The notes under the pieces are model-generated. The model saw only the letters and a list, made by a program, of their open reading frames with translations, did no database searches and had not been told where the DNA came from. A program made the position numbers and the translations under genes. From a virus (lineage: Duplodnaviria > Caudoviricetes), in IMG/VR virus record IMGVR_UViG_3300001487_000106, positions 1-64,000 of that record: DNA of 64,000 bases; one strand, 5' to 3'. How positions within the stretch are numbered: the first letter of the stretch is position 1; every line of letters starts with the position of its first letter. Positions 19,170 through 28,288 of this stretch are shown piece by piece.

Positions 19170-19844
19170 ATGTCAAAAAAAAGTTTGAATGACTATATCA
19201 ATACGGTGTCTATATCTACTCCAGAACCAATGGAATATTATGTTAATATAGATACTGATAAAGATAGATGTAAATATATAAAAAGGGTTGAAAAAATAAT
19301 CAGAACATCCATGGAATATCGTGATTATATTCAATTTTTAAAAGATCATCTAGACTTGAATAAATGTATATTCTTTCAAGAAATTACTTCAAATAAAGAA
19401 CAAAATAAACGAGGAAGAGTGAGTATTGAATTACATCATGAACCTTTTACATTATACGACTATGTAGAAGTAGTTTTATCAAAATTTCAAGACGAAGGTC
19501 TTCCTATTAATGATTTATTAATTGCCGATGAAGTCCTCGAGCTTCATTATTTGAATATGGTTGGTCTCGTACCATTATCCAAAACAATGCATGAAGTTAT
19601 ACACAAATCATCAAAACTTATAGTACCACTAAATATGGTATATGGTGATTATTCTCAGTTTTTAGAAAAATATGAGAAATATATAACTGATGATATGTAT
19701 GATAAACTTCAACGTAAGCTTGATATGACTAAAAACTTAACACCAGAGTCATTTGAAGCAATACGTAAAGAGTTTACATATATAGATGTTGATGGATTTA
19801 ATGATATTAGTAAAATGGAGACAACATCAAGTGCGGTAGTATGA
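19170..19844 (+). CDS. HNH-like (beta-beta-alpha-Me) nuclease-fold protein
   Basis: SIELHHEP...LVPLSKTMHEVIH; paralog of 27549..28175; late-type motif at 19142-19154. Confidence 0.55.
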   Translation: MSKKSLNDYINTVSISTPEPMEYYVNIDTDKDRCKYIKRVEKIIRTSMEYRDYIQFLKDHLDLNKCIFFQEITSNKEQNKRGRVSIELHHEPFTLYDYVEVVLSKFQDEGLPINDLLIADEVLELHYLNMVGLVPLSKTMHEVIHKSSKLIVPLNMVYGDYSQFLEKYEKYITDDMYDKLQRKLDMTKNLTPESFEAIRKEFTYIDVDGFNDISKMETTSSAVV

Positions 19845-20028
19845 AAAAATGAAGTTGTACAATTTTTGTACAACTTCATTTTTTTAAGGAATCCGGCGAA
19901 TAATAAATTTCTTTCAGTTTATTTCTATGTTATAAAAATTAAAAATAAACTTGAATCAAACTCTCATTTAATATTTTCTATTAGTTTATATATTATTTCA
20001 TAGTAAGAAAATATTACCATAGAAAGGA

Positions 20029-21303
20029 ATGGTTAATTTTATGGAAGACGAAAGAATGTTATTAATCGGTTTTGACGAAGAAGAGGAAAAAAATATACGA
20101 GAAATCTTCGACGAAACTGAGGAAGAACCTAAACCACAAGGTCAACTTTTTTCAAAAGTTGAACGTAAGCCAGTGTACATTTCACCTGAACGTTTGAAGG
20201 TGATTGAAGCTGGAATGAACTGTGTGGTAGTTCATGATTTTGGTGATGAATATCATCTAAGTGAGGAAGAACGTCAGGCTAAAAACCATTTTTATGAAAC
20301 GTTTAAAATTCTTAGAAAAGCTAAGAATAACTATAGACATATTGATGAATATGTCACAGTTATGAGAGAAGCACTGCATTGTTTAGATGTAGTTGCAGAA
20401 AACAATGGTGTATATACACCAGAGGAATTCAAGAAACTCTTTATGCGAAATAAGATATATATAAATGGCTTGAAGTTTCCTAAATATAAGGGAAAAAATA
20501 GGAAAGATATTTCATGGGAATATCTTTCTGAATTTATTCTTTCAGATGAAGACCCGAAAAAATTACTTCATCAGGAAACGGATATATTTACCGATGATGA
20601 ATTAATTGACGACATTCCTCAAATGTTTAACGAATCTGAACTTGATTCGACCGTTGACGAATACATCAATGCAGATACATCTAAGGATACAATGTACTAT
20701 GATCCTGATGATGAAAATGATGATACTGAAAGATCGGTTGCAGTATCGTTAACGTCGAAAGAAAGCAAGCTAGTGCTTAAATATTGTCCTGAGATATTCA
20801 AAACTATCAAAAGGATAAAAAGAAATCAGTCTAGTACTAAGCACTTGAGTTCATTTGCGTTTGAACTTACAGCGGATGACATCAGTCATATTGAAGAATA
20901 TGACAGAAAGCATAATTATAAGTCATCATCGGATATACCTGAATTTACAGGTAGTATTCTCGATGATGATAATTACAACAGGTTCATGATGGAACTTGAA
21001 GAATATGCCGATGAGAATATCAGAGACGACTATCATGGTCGTCTTAAGACATTAGGTGCCATTAAAGAACTTGAGATAAAAGAGGTGCTTGAAGAATCTG
21101 GATGGAATATCAAGGCATTCTCTGATAATAAAGAGCGTGAGAAGAAGCTTCGTAAAGCTCAGAAGCGTGATAAAGAGCGTGAGAAGAAGCTTAAGAATCA
21201 ACTTCTCAAAGTTCAGAAACGTCAAAAACGTCGTATGGGTGACGACGTAGTTTCTAAGAAAAAGAAGAAAAAAAATAAAGTAAAAGATGATGGAGATGAT
21301 TAA
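20029..21303 (+). CDS. Hypothetical protein with Lys-rich tail
   Basis: First gene of an operon after TATATATTAT at 19987-19996; the frame stays open 49 codons past the TAA. Confidence 0.7.
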   Translation: MVNFMEDERMLLIGFDEEEEKNIREIFDETEEEPKPQGQLFSKVERKPVYISPERLKVIEAGMNCVVVHDFGDEYHLSEEERQAKNHFYETFKILRKAKNNYRHIDEYVTVMREALHCLDVVAENNGVYTPEEFKKLFMRNKIYINGLKFPKYKGKNRKDISWEYLSEFILSDEDPKKLLHQETDIFTDDELIDDIPQMFNESELDSTVDEYINADTSKDTMYYDPDDENDDTERSVAVSLTSKESKLVLKYCPEIFKTIKRIKRNQSSTKHLSSFAFELTADDISHIEEYDRKHNYKSSSDIPEFTGSILDDDNYNRFMMELEEYADENIRDDYHGRLKTLGAIKELEIKEVLEESGWNIKAFSDNKEREKKLRKAQKRDKEREKKLKNQLLKVQKRQKRRMGDDVVSKKKKKKNKVKDDGDD

Positions 21304-21455
21304 GATGTATTAAAATCATACAAGCATAATGCAAGAGAAGCGATTGATTGCATTTTGCTAAATACTGTAGAAAGTTCTCATGAAGATTTTGATGATTATA
21401 AAGAAGAATCATTAGATTGGTCATGGGATAATATTTATAAAGGGAGTGATTAAAA

Positions 21456-22346
21456 ATGAGTGAACCTCAAATGACTAAAAGGAGATCACTTATTCAGAAT
21501 TATTTCTCCATGGAACTTAAGGATGAAATCTTTAAAGTTACATTGGAGCATATCCTTGATAATAATGAAAAAGGTAAAATTATCAAGGATCTTCTAACAA
21601 AGTATAGCGTACCATATACTTCGTTAGGAAGCGGAACAAACAGAATGGCTGTGTTAATAGATGGTTATGCTGTTAAAATAGGATTGGACAAAGATGGAAT
21701 GATAGACAACCGGCGCGAATTCTTATATACACGAGAATTACAGCCGTATGTTGTAAAAGTGTATGAATGTACACAGAATGGATTACTTGCAGTAACCGAA
21801 TATGTCAGTATATTCACACTTGATGATTTCCATAATTATCAAGAAGATATGCGTGAAATCTTATCAGAGATTTCAAATTTCTTCTTGATAGGAGATGTTG
21901 GAATAACCGGTAAAAATTACGTAAACTGGGGTTTACGTAATGATGGTACAATATGTATACTTGATTTTGCGTATATATACTCAGTCAAGTATAAATTATT
22001 TGTATGCACTTGCGACGATGAGAGCATACTAAATTATGATAAAGACTACAATGTCTTAATTTGTCCACATTGTGGAAAAAAGTATAGATTTGCAGAGATA
22101 CGGAAACGTATAACTGCAAAGAACCAAGAAGATGAGATTGGCGATATTCGTCGTCTCGGGTATAATATAACAAAGCCTGAAGAACTGGTACCAGTAAATC
22201 CAGACTTTGAAAATATAAAACCTGAAAAGAAGAAGAAAAAGAAAGTTGACCCTGCTGATGAAGCTAGGAAAGCTTTAAAAGCCGAAAAGAAAAAACGTAA
22301 AGAACAACGTTTAAAGTTTGGTATTGATGATTTTGATGAGAATTAA
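21456..22346 (+). CDS. Ser/Thr-type protein kinase with C-terminal Zn ribbon
   Basis: Gly loop LGSGTNR, AVK lysine, NRRE helix C, D...NWG catalytic loop, LDFAY; CTC...CPHC. Confidence 0.8.
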   Translation: MSEPQMTKRRSLIQNYFSMELKDEIFKVTLEHILDNNEKGKIIKDLLTKYSVPYTSLGSGTNRMAVLIDGYAVKIGLDKDGMIDNRREFLYTRELQPYVVKVYECTQNGLLAVTEYVSIFTLDDFHNYQEDMREILSEISNFFLIGDVGITGKNYVNWGLRNDGTICILDFAYIYSVKYKLFVCTCDDESILNYDKDYNVLICPHCGKKYRFAEIRKRITAKNQEDEIGDIRRLGYNITKPEELVPVNPDFENIKPEKKKKKKVDPADEARKALKAEKKKRKEQRLKFGIDDFDEN

Positions 22347-22368
22347 TTTTTGAAAGGAAGTAATTATA

Positions 22369-23559
22369 ATGAGTAAAAAAAAATATAGCAAAGAATGCAA
22401 CCAGCTGGATGCAATGAACCGGATAGCTGAACTGGAAGCTAATGAAATTTCGATTAATGAATTCATGGGTTGTGATAGACCCGCTGGGTTTGTTAATGAT
22501 TTGAACGATCGTATCAAATCACGTAACAAAAAAGTTGCAACTTTAAGTAGTAATGAGTCAACAGCGCCGTCGTATGATGTAAAAGAAGTATCTAATCCTC
22601 TTATATTTGAGGAGATTGAAGAAGTATCTGATCCACATGTTATAAATGCTCCTTCAATTGATGATACTGATGGCATAAACGTATCGTATAATTATAATCT
22701 TAAGAGGATTGTAATAGATGATGGAATTGCACCTACGGTGTTATCAATTCCGACAATTGATTATATAGATTTGAATAGTAGTGTATACGAAGCCGATTAT
22801 GATGCTGATTATATTGGTGATATATGCGAAACATTAATGCGCTTCACATTAATTAATAAGCATCCATTTGCAATAGTAACACTGGATGAATACGAAAACC
22901 TGTTCAAAAAATATAGAAATATAAATACAAATAAATTCTTTATTGTCGCAATAAGTGGTCACTACTGCCTCTATTATATTAGTGACAGTGATCATAATAC
23001 ACTTGTGTCACTTCCTGATATATTTGGATTAACAGATGACATTAAGCGACTCAAATTCTGGGTTAACGCTGCTACCCAGTCGGAACTCGGTAATGTCGCA
23101 TTTTATCGTTATAACAGCAACTATGTAACTGCTGTAAAGAATTTACGGGGTGAAGATGCTGTTAAAAGGTATCTGGATTTAATCGATAATGATTCAGATA
23201 CTATTTTTAACACCATAGGAGATATCAATGCTCGTAATGAGTATGATATTTATGATGATGATGTCTTGGAAAGAATCATCAGAACTATTCATACAGAACT
23301 TCTTGATGATACTGATGAAGACGACGAAGATGATGATTATGATACTTCATCAGATAATATAGAGTATAATCCAGCATTCCCATATGAACCTATAAGGGAT
23401 GATGATACTGATGAAGGAATAATGGAAATATCTGCTGATGAAATTGATAAAATCGATTTTGATATTAATGAAACATCTGAAGAAACTAAAATAGAATCAT
23501 TGAAGTCTGATAATGATGGTTCAATGAAACTTCCTATAAGACACAAAAATAAGGAGTGA
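22369..23559 (+). CDS. Acidic hypothetical protein
   Basis: Long ORF, RBS GAAAGGA, D/E-rich C-terminus. Confidence 0.7.
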   Translation: MSKKKYSKECNQLDAMNRIAELEANEISINEFMGCDRPAGFVNDLNDRIKSRNKKVATLSSNESTAPSYDVKEVSNPLIFEEIEEVSDPHVINAPSIDDTDGINVSYNYNLKRIVIDDGIAPTVLSIPTIDYIDLNSSVYEADYDADYIGDICETLMRFTLINKHPFAIVTLDEYENLFKKYRNINTNKFFIVAISGHYCLYYISDSDHNTLVSLPDIFGLTDDIKRLKFWVNAATQSELGNVAFYRYNSNYVTAVKNLRGEDAVKRYLDLIDNDSDTIFNTIGDINARNEYDIYDDDVLERIIRTIHTELLDDTDEDDEDDDYDTSSDNIEYNPAFPYEPIRDDDTDEGIMEISADEIDKIDFDINETSEETKIESLKSDNDGSMKLPIRHKNKE

Positions 23560-23568
23560 TTCATCATT

Positions 23569-24219
23569 ATGATGTTCATTATGAACAGCAAAGTGTTTCA
23601 AAATGATTTTCTGGAAAATGAACCAGATGATGCTATTTTGAATGCACAGTATGTGGTCATTTCTACAAGAATACGTAAAAGTAGTAATAGATTTGACAAT
23701 ATTGTACTGGCTCATAATGACCTGTTTCCCAACTCTTCGTCTATGCTTAAATTAGACGAAGAGTCTAAACGGGAAGCATATTTTGAACAGCTCGATGAAA
23801 AGCGTGCACTCTTAGCTATTTTGGTTATGGGTTGTATAGAGAAAGGTTATAATATAATTTTTATATGTGCAAAAAATGAAGATAAACTTCATTATTTACA
23901 ATATCTTTCTGAGTATATATACTTAACATTTGGTTATCCTGTGTACGAATATCGAAAATATTCAAAAGGTAAGATTGGGCTATTAAAGTATAAGAAAAAG
24001 GAAGTTCTTAAAGAATGTAAGAAATATTGTAAAGAAGCTTCCTTAAAAAGTCGTCGTGAAAAAATGAAAACCGAACGAGGGCGACGAGAACTCAAAAAAG
24101 AATTCAAATCATTGTCTAAAAAGAAAATGAAAAAAGAACTCGAAAGACGAGACCTATATATTGATGGTATGAGTCGAAAAGAGATGGTTGAAGTTTATGA
24201 GCTCTTTGTTTTGAACTAA
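23569..24219 (+). CDS. Hypothetical protein, possible C-terminal SAP/HeH-like DNA-binding motif
   Basis: SLSKKKMKKELERRDLYIDGMSRKEMVE. Confidence 0.55.
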   Translation: MMFIMNSKVFQNDFLENEPDDAILNAQYVVISTRIRKSSNRFDNIVLAHNDLFPNSSSMLKLDEESKREAYFEQLDEKRALLAILVMGCIEKGYNIIFICAKNEDKLHYLQYLSEYIYLTFGYPVYEYRKYSKGKIGLLKYKKKEVLKECKKYCKEASLKSRREKMKTERGRRELKKEFKSLSKKKMKKELERRDLYIDGMSRKEMVEVYELFVLN

Positions 24220-24226
24220 AAAATGT

Positions 24227-24256
24227 ATGTGTGACGTTTTATAAAACGTCACACAT
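24227..24256. terminator. Terminator; perfect 30-bp palindrome
   Basis: atgtgtgacgtttta|taaaacgtcacacat followed by a T-run. Confidence 0.75.
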
Positions 24257-24292
24257 TTTTTTAATTAAAAATATGAAAGAATGTGATGCATA

Positions 24293-25051
24293 TTGGAAAA
24301 TATATGGGAAAAAGATACTTTTCTTAATGATAACATCATATACACTTTCAATAAAGATATTATTGAATATGATATGAAAGAAGCTGGTTTCTCATTAATA
24401 CAGGAATATGGACTTCTTCCCAATGACACAATATCTCAACTTAAAAAAATGAGTAAAGATAAGAGGAAGATACAAATTGGTAAGATACAAATAAAAAATG
24501 AAGATTTAAAAACTAACTTAAAACTGGCTTTTCAAGATGCTAGACATTCATTTTTCGTAATGAATGATTTAGATGAAAATGATGTTATATCTATTAAGAA
24601 AGACGCTATATTTGTGATTAAGTATTGTAGTCATCAAGAAATAGGTAAACATATAAATTTTCGTCCCAAACATTATTATTCATCATATATTCGTTTAGGA
24701 AAACGATTAGAACTATATTATAGTCCTGATGATTTTTCAGTAAAAGGGATAGGTGATGAACGAACTAAACTTCATAATGAATATATGATTAAATTTCTTC
24801 GTTTATATTTTAAAAAGATGGAGACATCTGATAGTAAAACTGTAATAGACTTTACTAGGTCTTTTATTGATAAATATAAATCACGAGAATTAGCATTAGG
24901 ATTTTATCGTAATTTTAACGAAAAATCAGATTTTACAATCATTGGAGATGATAATAAGTATATGCAATATTGGGAAGATGAAAAAGACCAAGTTGATATA
25001 TCTTATAATTATTTCAATATATTATTAAAATTAATTAAAATACCATTGTAA
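24293..25051 (+). CDS. Divergent family-B DNA polymerase palm-like polypeptide (jumbo-phage type)
   Basis: Motif A-like IIEYDMKEAGFS and motif C-like VISIKKDAIFV. Confidence 0.55.
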   Translation: MENIWEKDTFLNDNIIYTFNKDIIEYDMKEAGFSLIQEYGLLPNDTISQLKKMSKDKRKIQIGKIQIKNEDLKTNLKLAFQDARHSFFVMNDLDENDVISIKKDAIFVIKYCSHQEIGKHINFRPKHYYSSYIRLGKRLELYYSPDDFSVKGIGDERTKLHNEYMIKFLRLYFKKMETSDSKTVIDFTRSFIDKYKSRELALGFYRNFNEKSDFTIIGDDNKYMQYWEDEKDQVDISYNYFNILLKLIKIPL

Positions 25052-25068
25052 GAAAGGAAAAGATAGTT

Positions 25069-25725
25069 ATGATAAACAATAATGAAATTAATAATATTGA
25101 ATACACACCTGGTGATAGAACATGTTTCATATATTTTGATACTGAATTCACTGGTTTGAGAAAGGACACAACTCTGATATCTATTGGTCTTGTTGACTGT
25201 AATGGTAAAAAATTCTATGCAGAATTTGAGGATTATAACAGTTCACAAGTAGATGATTGGATAGATGAAAACGTTATCAGTAATCTTTCATCACCAGAAA
25301 ATCATTTCGATGAATACCGTGATTATTGGACAATGACTGGACGACGAGAAGAAATATCCGAAAAACTTCGTACATGGCTTTCCCAATATTCAGATAGGCG
25401 TGTACAATTTGTAAGTGATGTATCTCATTACGATTTTGTACTTTTAATTGATTTGATTCTTAATAATCCTGAAAGTACCGCTATGCAGTTACCTAGTTGG
25501 ATATCGCCTGTTTGTCATGATATAAATCAAGATATCGCACTTCATCTTTATATGGATGAAAATGTTAGAAAGAAAGCAGATACAACTGATGCATGCGCAT
25601 TTTCAATGAGTAGAGAAAAGATACTTGAGTCTCTTGATGTTAAACTTCCTACAGGAATTAAGCATAACTCACTATTTGACGCAGAGGTCATAAGAAGAAT
25701 ACATCAATGTATCTGGAATATATAA
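25069..25725 (+). CDS. DEDDh 3'-5' exonuclease (Rv2179c-like)
   Basis: FDTEFTGL, ISIGLV, FYAE, HYDF, HNSLFDA. Confidence 0.85.
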   Translation: MINNNEINNIEYTPGDRTCFIYFDTEFTGLRKDTTLISIGLVDCNGKKFYAEFEDYNSSQVDDWIDENVISNLSSPENHFDEYRDYWTMTGRREEISEKLRTWLSQYSDRRVQFVSDVSHYDFVLLIDLILNNPESTAMQLPSWISPVCHDINQDIALHLYMDENVRKKADTTDACAFSMSREKILESLDVKLPTGIKHNSLFDAEVIRRIHQCIWNI

Positions 25726-25728
25726 TAT

Positions 25729-25770
25729 AAATAAGTGGAAGAAATCATATATGATTTCTTCCACTTATTT
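25729..25770. terminator. Bidirectional terminator; perfect 42-bp palindrome
   Basis: aaataagtggaagaaatcata|tatgatttcttccacttattt between convergent genes. Confidence 0.85.
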
Positions 25771-25773
25771 TTT

Positions 25774-26283
25774 TTATAAATCCGTAGTATCTGGGTTTCG
25801 ATAATTATTATTATACTGAAGAACTAGACCCATAAATATAATACTAGTTTGTTGAGAAATGTATTTCATAATATACTCATTAGATATAAATACATTGGGA
25901 TTATCGAATATCATTTCTTTTCGTAATCCCTCATATACGGATTCAGATATGCTCTCAATGTCTTCAGCTAAAGTTGTATATTCATATTTTCTATTTAGTG
26001 GTGCATATATTTTTAATTTAGCATCACTTTCTATTTGAATTAGTTGATTAATTAAGTCCATTACATCTTTAGTTATTTCAATTTGTGTGTTTGTTGGTAA
26101 TGTTCTATCTATCGGTTTAGTTAGATTCATTATCTCAATTTCAGTTTTAGCCTTAAGCCTAATACGAATTTGTCTCATTAATGTAATAATCGTTATAAAA
26201 CCGTACATTATAGTTATTGCTCCAACACAAACTAAACTAAAAATAATAATTTCCATTATCATTTGATTATGTAAAAAAGGCAT
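25774..26283 (-). CDS. Membrane-anchored hypothetical protein
   Basis: N-terminal TM IIIFSLVCVGAITIMYGFITII; late-type motif at 26316-26328. Confidence 0.65.
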   Translation of the reverse strand: MPFLHNQMIMEIIIFSLVCVGAITIMYGFITIITLMRQIRIRLKAKTEIEIMNLTKPIDRTLPTNTQIEITKDVMDLINQLIQIESDAKLKIYAPLNRKYEYTTLAEDIESISESVYEGLRKEMIFDNPNVFISNEYIMKYISQQTSIIFMGLVLQYNNNYRNPDTTDL

Positions 26284-26424
26284 AAAAATTCCTCCATTAT
26301 AATTTAATATTTAAGTTATGATAATGTCGTCTACATAACTTTAAAATGAGTGCATAATGTAAATACATAATTATACATCATATAAATGTATTCATTTTAT
26401 TAATAAAAATAGGAGGTATTATTT

Positions 26425-27513
26425 ATGAATGAGTTATCAATAAGAAGAGATGAGAATGTGACTGTTCTAACAGTTACCCCTTTTACAGGAAAGAGAAAGA
26501 TTGTGCTTTTCGGAGGTCTTGATAAGAGACTATTTGAAGAGCACAATGACGAAGATGTACTCTCGTACATCTCTGAAATGTACTCTAATCGCTTTTTGAC
26601 CGAAGCTGATATAGAATATCGGCAGCGGTTCTTCAATGACACAACACGACGTGTCGTTGAAGGCGATGACGTAGAATACTACGAATTTAATGGAAACTCT
26701 GATGAGTTTTCCGATCTAATTGTGAAGCTTGTAAAATACGACACAAACTTCACACCCAAAGAGCAACTATTCCTGGATGCGTTAATGATGTCGTATCCTC
26801 GTCGACATACACAAATTCTGTATGATATTTATCACAATATTATACAGAAGGGTGTTAAGACCTTGCCATTTAAGATTGTCGTAAATGACAACCTTAATGA
26901 CAAGCTTTTCTTACCTGAAATAATGGTAAGAAAAAATCGGGTTGAAAAGGACATCGGTAGTGTGAAAGAGTACGACCGTGTAAGTAGTAAACCATATGGT
27001 GCGTACGACAAGGTATATACCGACTACCGAAAATATTTTCGTAAATGTAATGAGCTCGGAATCGAGCCTCATGATTGTGAAGCGTTTGTCGCAATAAAGC
27101 GGCATCTTGAAAATGATGACCGCTTTGAAAATAAGGTGAAGGCTAACATAAAATTTATTTCAATTTTATTGTTTGTCGTAACCTTAATATGCTGGGGAAT
27201 TTTCCATACCAGCATACCTTCAGATGACGAAATATATTCGAAGGGATTTGAAAAATCAGTTGTTGGCGTAACGGGAGTTACGACAACATATGAGGCTATT
27301 GGATACGTGCATCAATATTACCCCGTGACATTCTCGGTATATACAGAGAAGCAACTCCGGAAGGAGTTATTATCTCTTAACAAAAATGCGGATGACCGCT
27401 TTTTGAATAAAGAGATTAAAATTCCTGTGTTGGTGCCGAGAAAGACCGATAAGGTCGAAAGGAATCATGGGTACAAAACACAGGAAAGAGAGGAGATGTT
27501 TAAAAGTGTGTAA
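26425..27513 (+). CDS. Single-pass membrane protein, possible degenerate C-terminal LysM-like domain
   Basis: TM FISILLFVVTLICWGIF; ELLSLNK...EIKIPV; own early-type motif (26372-26381) and terminator (27517-27550). Confidence 0.55.
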   Translation: MNELSIRRDENVTVLTVTPFTGKRKIVLFGGLDKRLFEEHNDEDVLSYISEMYSNRFLTEADIEYRQRFFNDTTRRVVEGDDVEYYEFNGNSDEFSDLIVKLVKYDTNFTPKEQLFLDALMMSYPRRHTQILYDIYHNIIQKGVKTLPFKIVVNDNLNDKLFLPEIMVRKNRVEKDIGSVKEYDRVSSKPYGAYDKVYTDYRKYFRKCNELGIEPHDCEAFVAIKRHLENDDRFENKVKANIKFISILLFVVTLICWGIFHTSIPSDDEIYSKGFEKSVVGVTGVTTTYEAIGYVHQYYPVTFSVYTEKQLRKELLSLNKNADDRFLNKEIKIPVLVPRKTDKVERNHGYKTQEREEMFKSV

Positions 27514-27548
27514 AGGAGAACGGTGAGAGAAATCTCACCGTTCTTTTT

Positions 27549-28175
27549 TTATAATAAATTCTTATTTAATTCGAGAACACCAAAATCATTAGAGTCGTAT
27601 AATAATGAGCGGTCTATGTATCTATTCAGTTGTTCTCTATACTCATCAGTTATTGCTATTCCATATTTATCTATAAATTCTTTCAGGTTACCATATGCTT
27701 GATGATAGTTGATAAATATGTTTCCTGCATGTATCTGTTCGTGTACTGATGTACTAACCATAACTACCTGTATTCTATTTTTTTGATGTTCATCAAGAAC
27801 AACATCAGCAATACGAGCAGTTGTTATTTTCCACTTTTTAAGTATAAAATATTCAAGGACTATTGCACAATAATCAAATAAATTAAATATCGGTCCATGG
27901 TGCATTTCAATTGATGCATCTTCATCAGTAATATTTTTTAAAACTTGACATCTATCAAGCTTAATTTCTTTTTTTAGATATCTTATATATTTGCTATACC
28001 TATCATTCTGTCTTACAAGCTTTTCACAACCTTTTATGAAATTAACATAACTTTCATAGTTTGAAAAATATTCTATATTCTTATAATATGGGATATTGTA
28101 GAATGATGTCTTTGCATCTATAATTGGTGTATTTTTTTCAGTACTAAATATAATATCTGGTAATACTTTTGCCAT
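27549..28175 (-). CDS. HNH-like nuclease-fold protein (paralog of 19170..19844)
   Basis: SIEMHHGP...VVMVSTSVHEQIH; late-type motif at 28206-28218. Confidence 0.55.
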   Translation of the reverse strand: MAKVLPDIIFSTEKNTPIIDAKTSFYNIPYYKNIEYFSNYESYVNFIKGCEKLVRQNDRYSKYIRYLKKEIKLDRCQVLKNITDEDASIEMHHGPIFNLFDYCAIVLEYFILKKWKITTARIADVVLDEHQKNRIQVVMVSTSVHEQIHAGNIFINYHQAYGNLKEFIDKYGIAITDEYREQLNRYIDRSLLYDSNDFGVLELNKNLL

Positions 28176-28288
28176 TTTTCTATGTTCCCTCCTAATATTT
28201 TTATGTTATATTTTTGTATATTACTAAAAATTATATTCATTGAAAGACAATCTTTTAATAACTCTAAATAAAAAGGAGCTGATTACTT

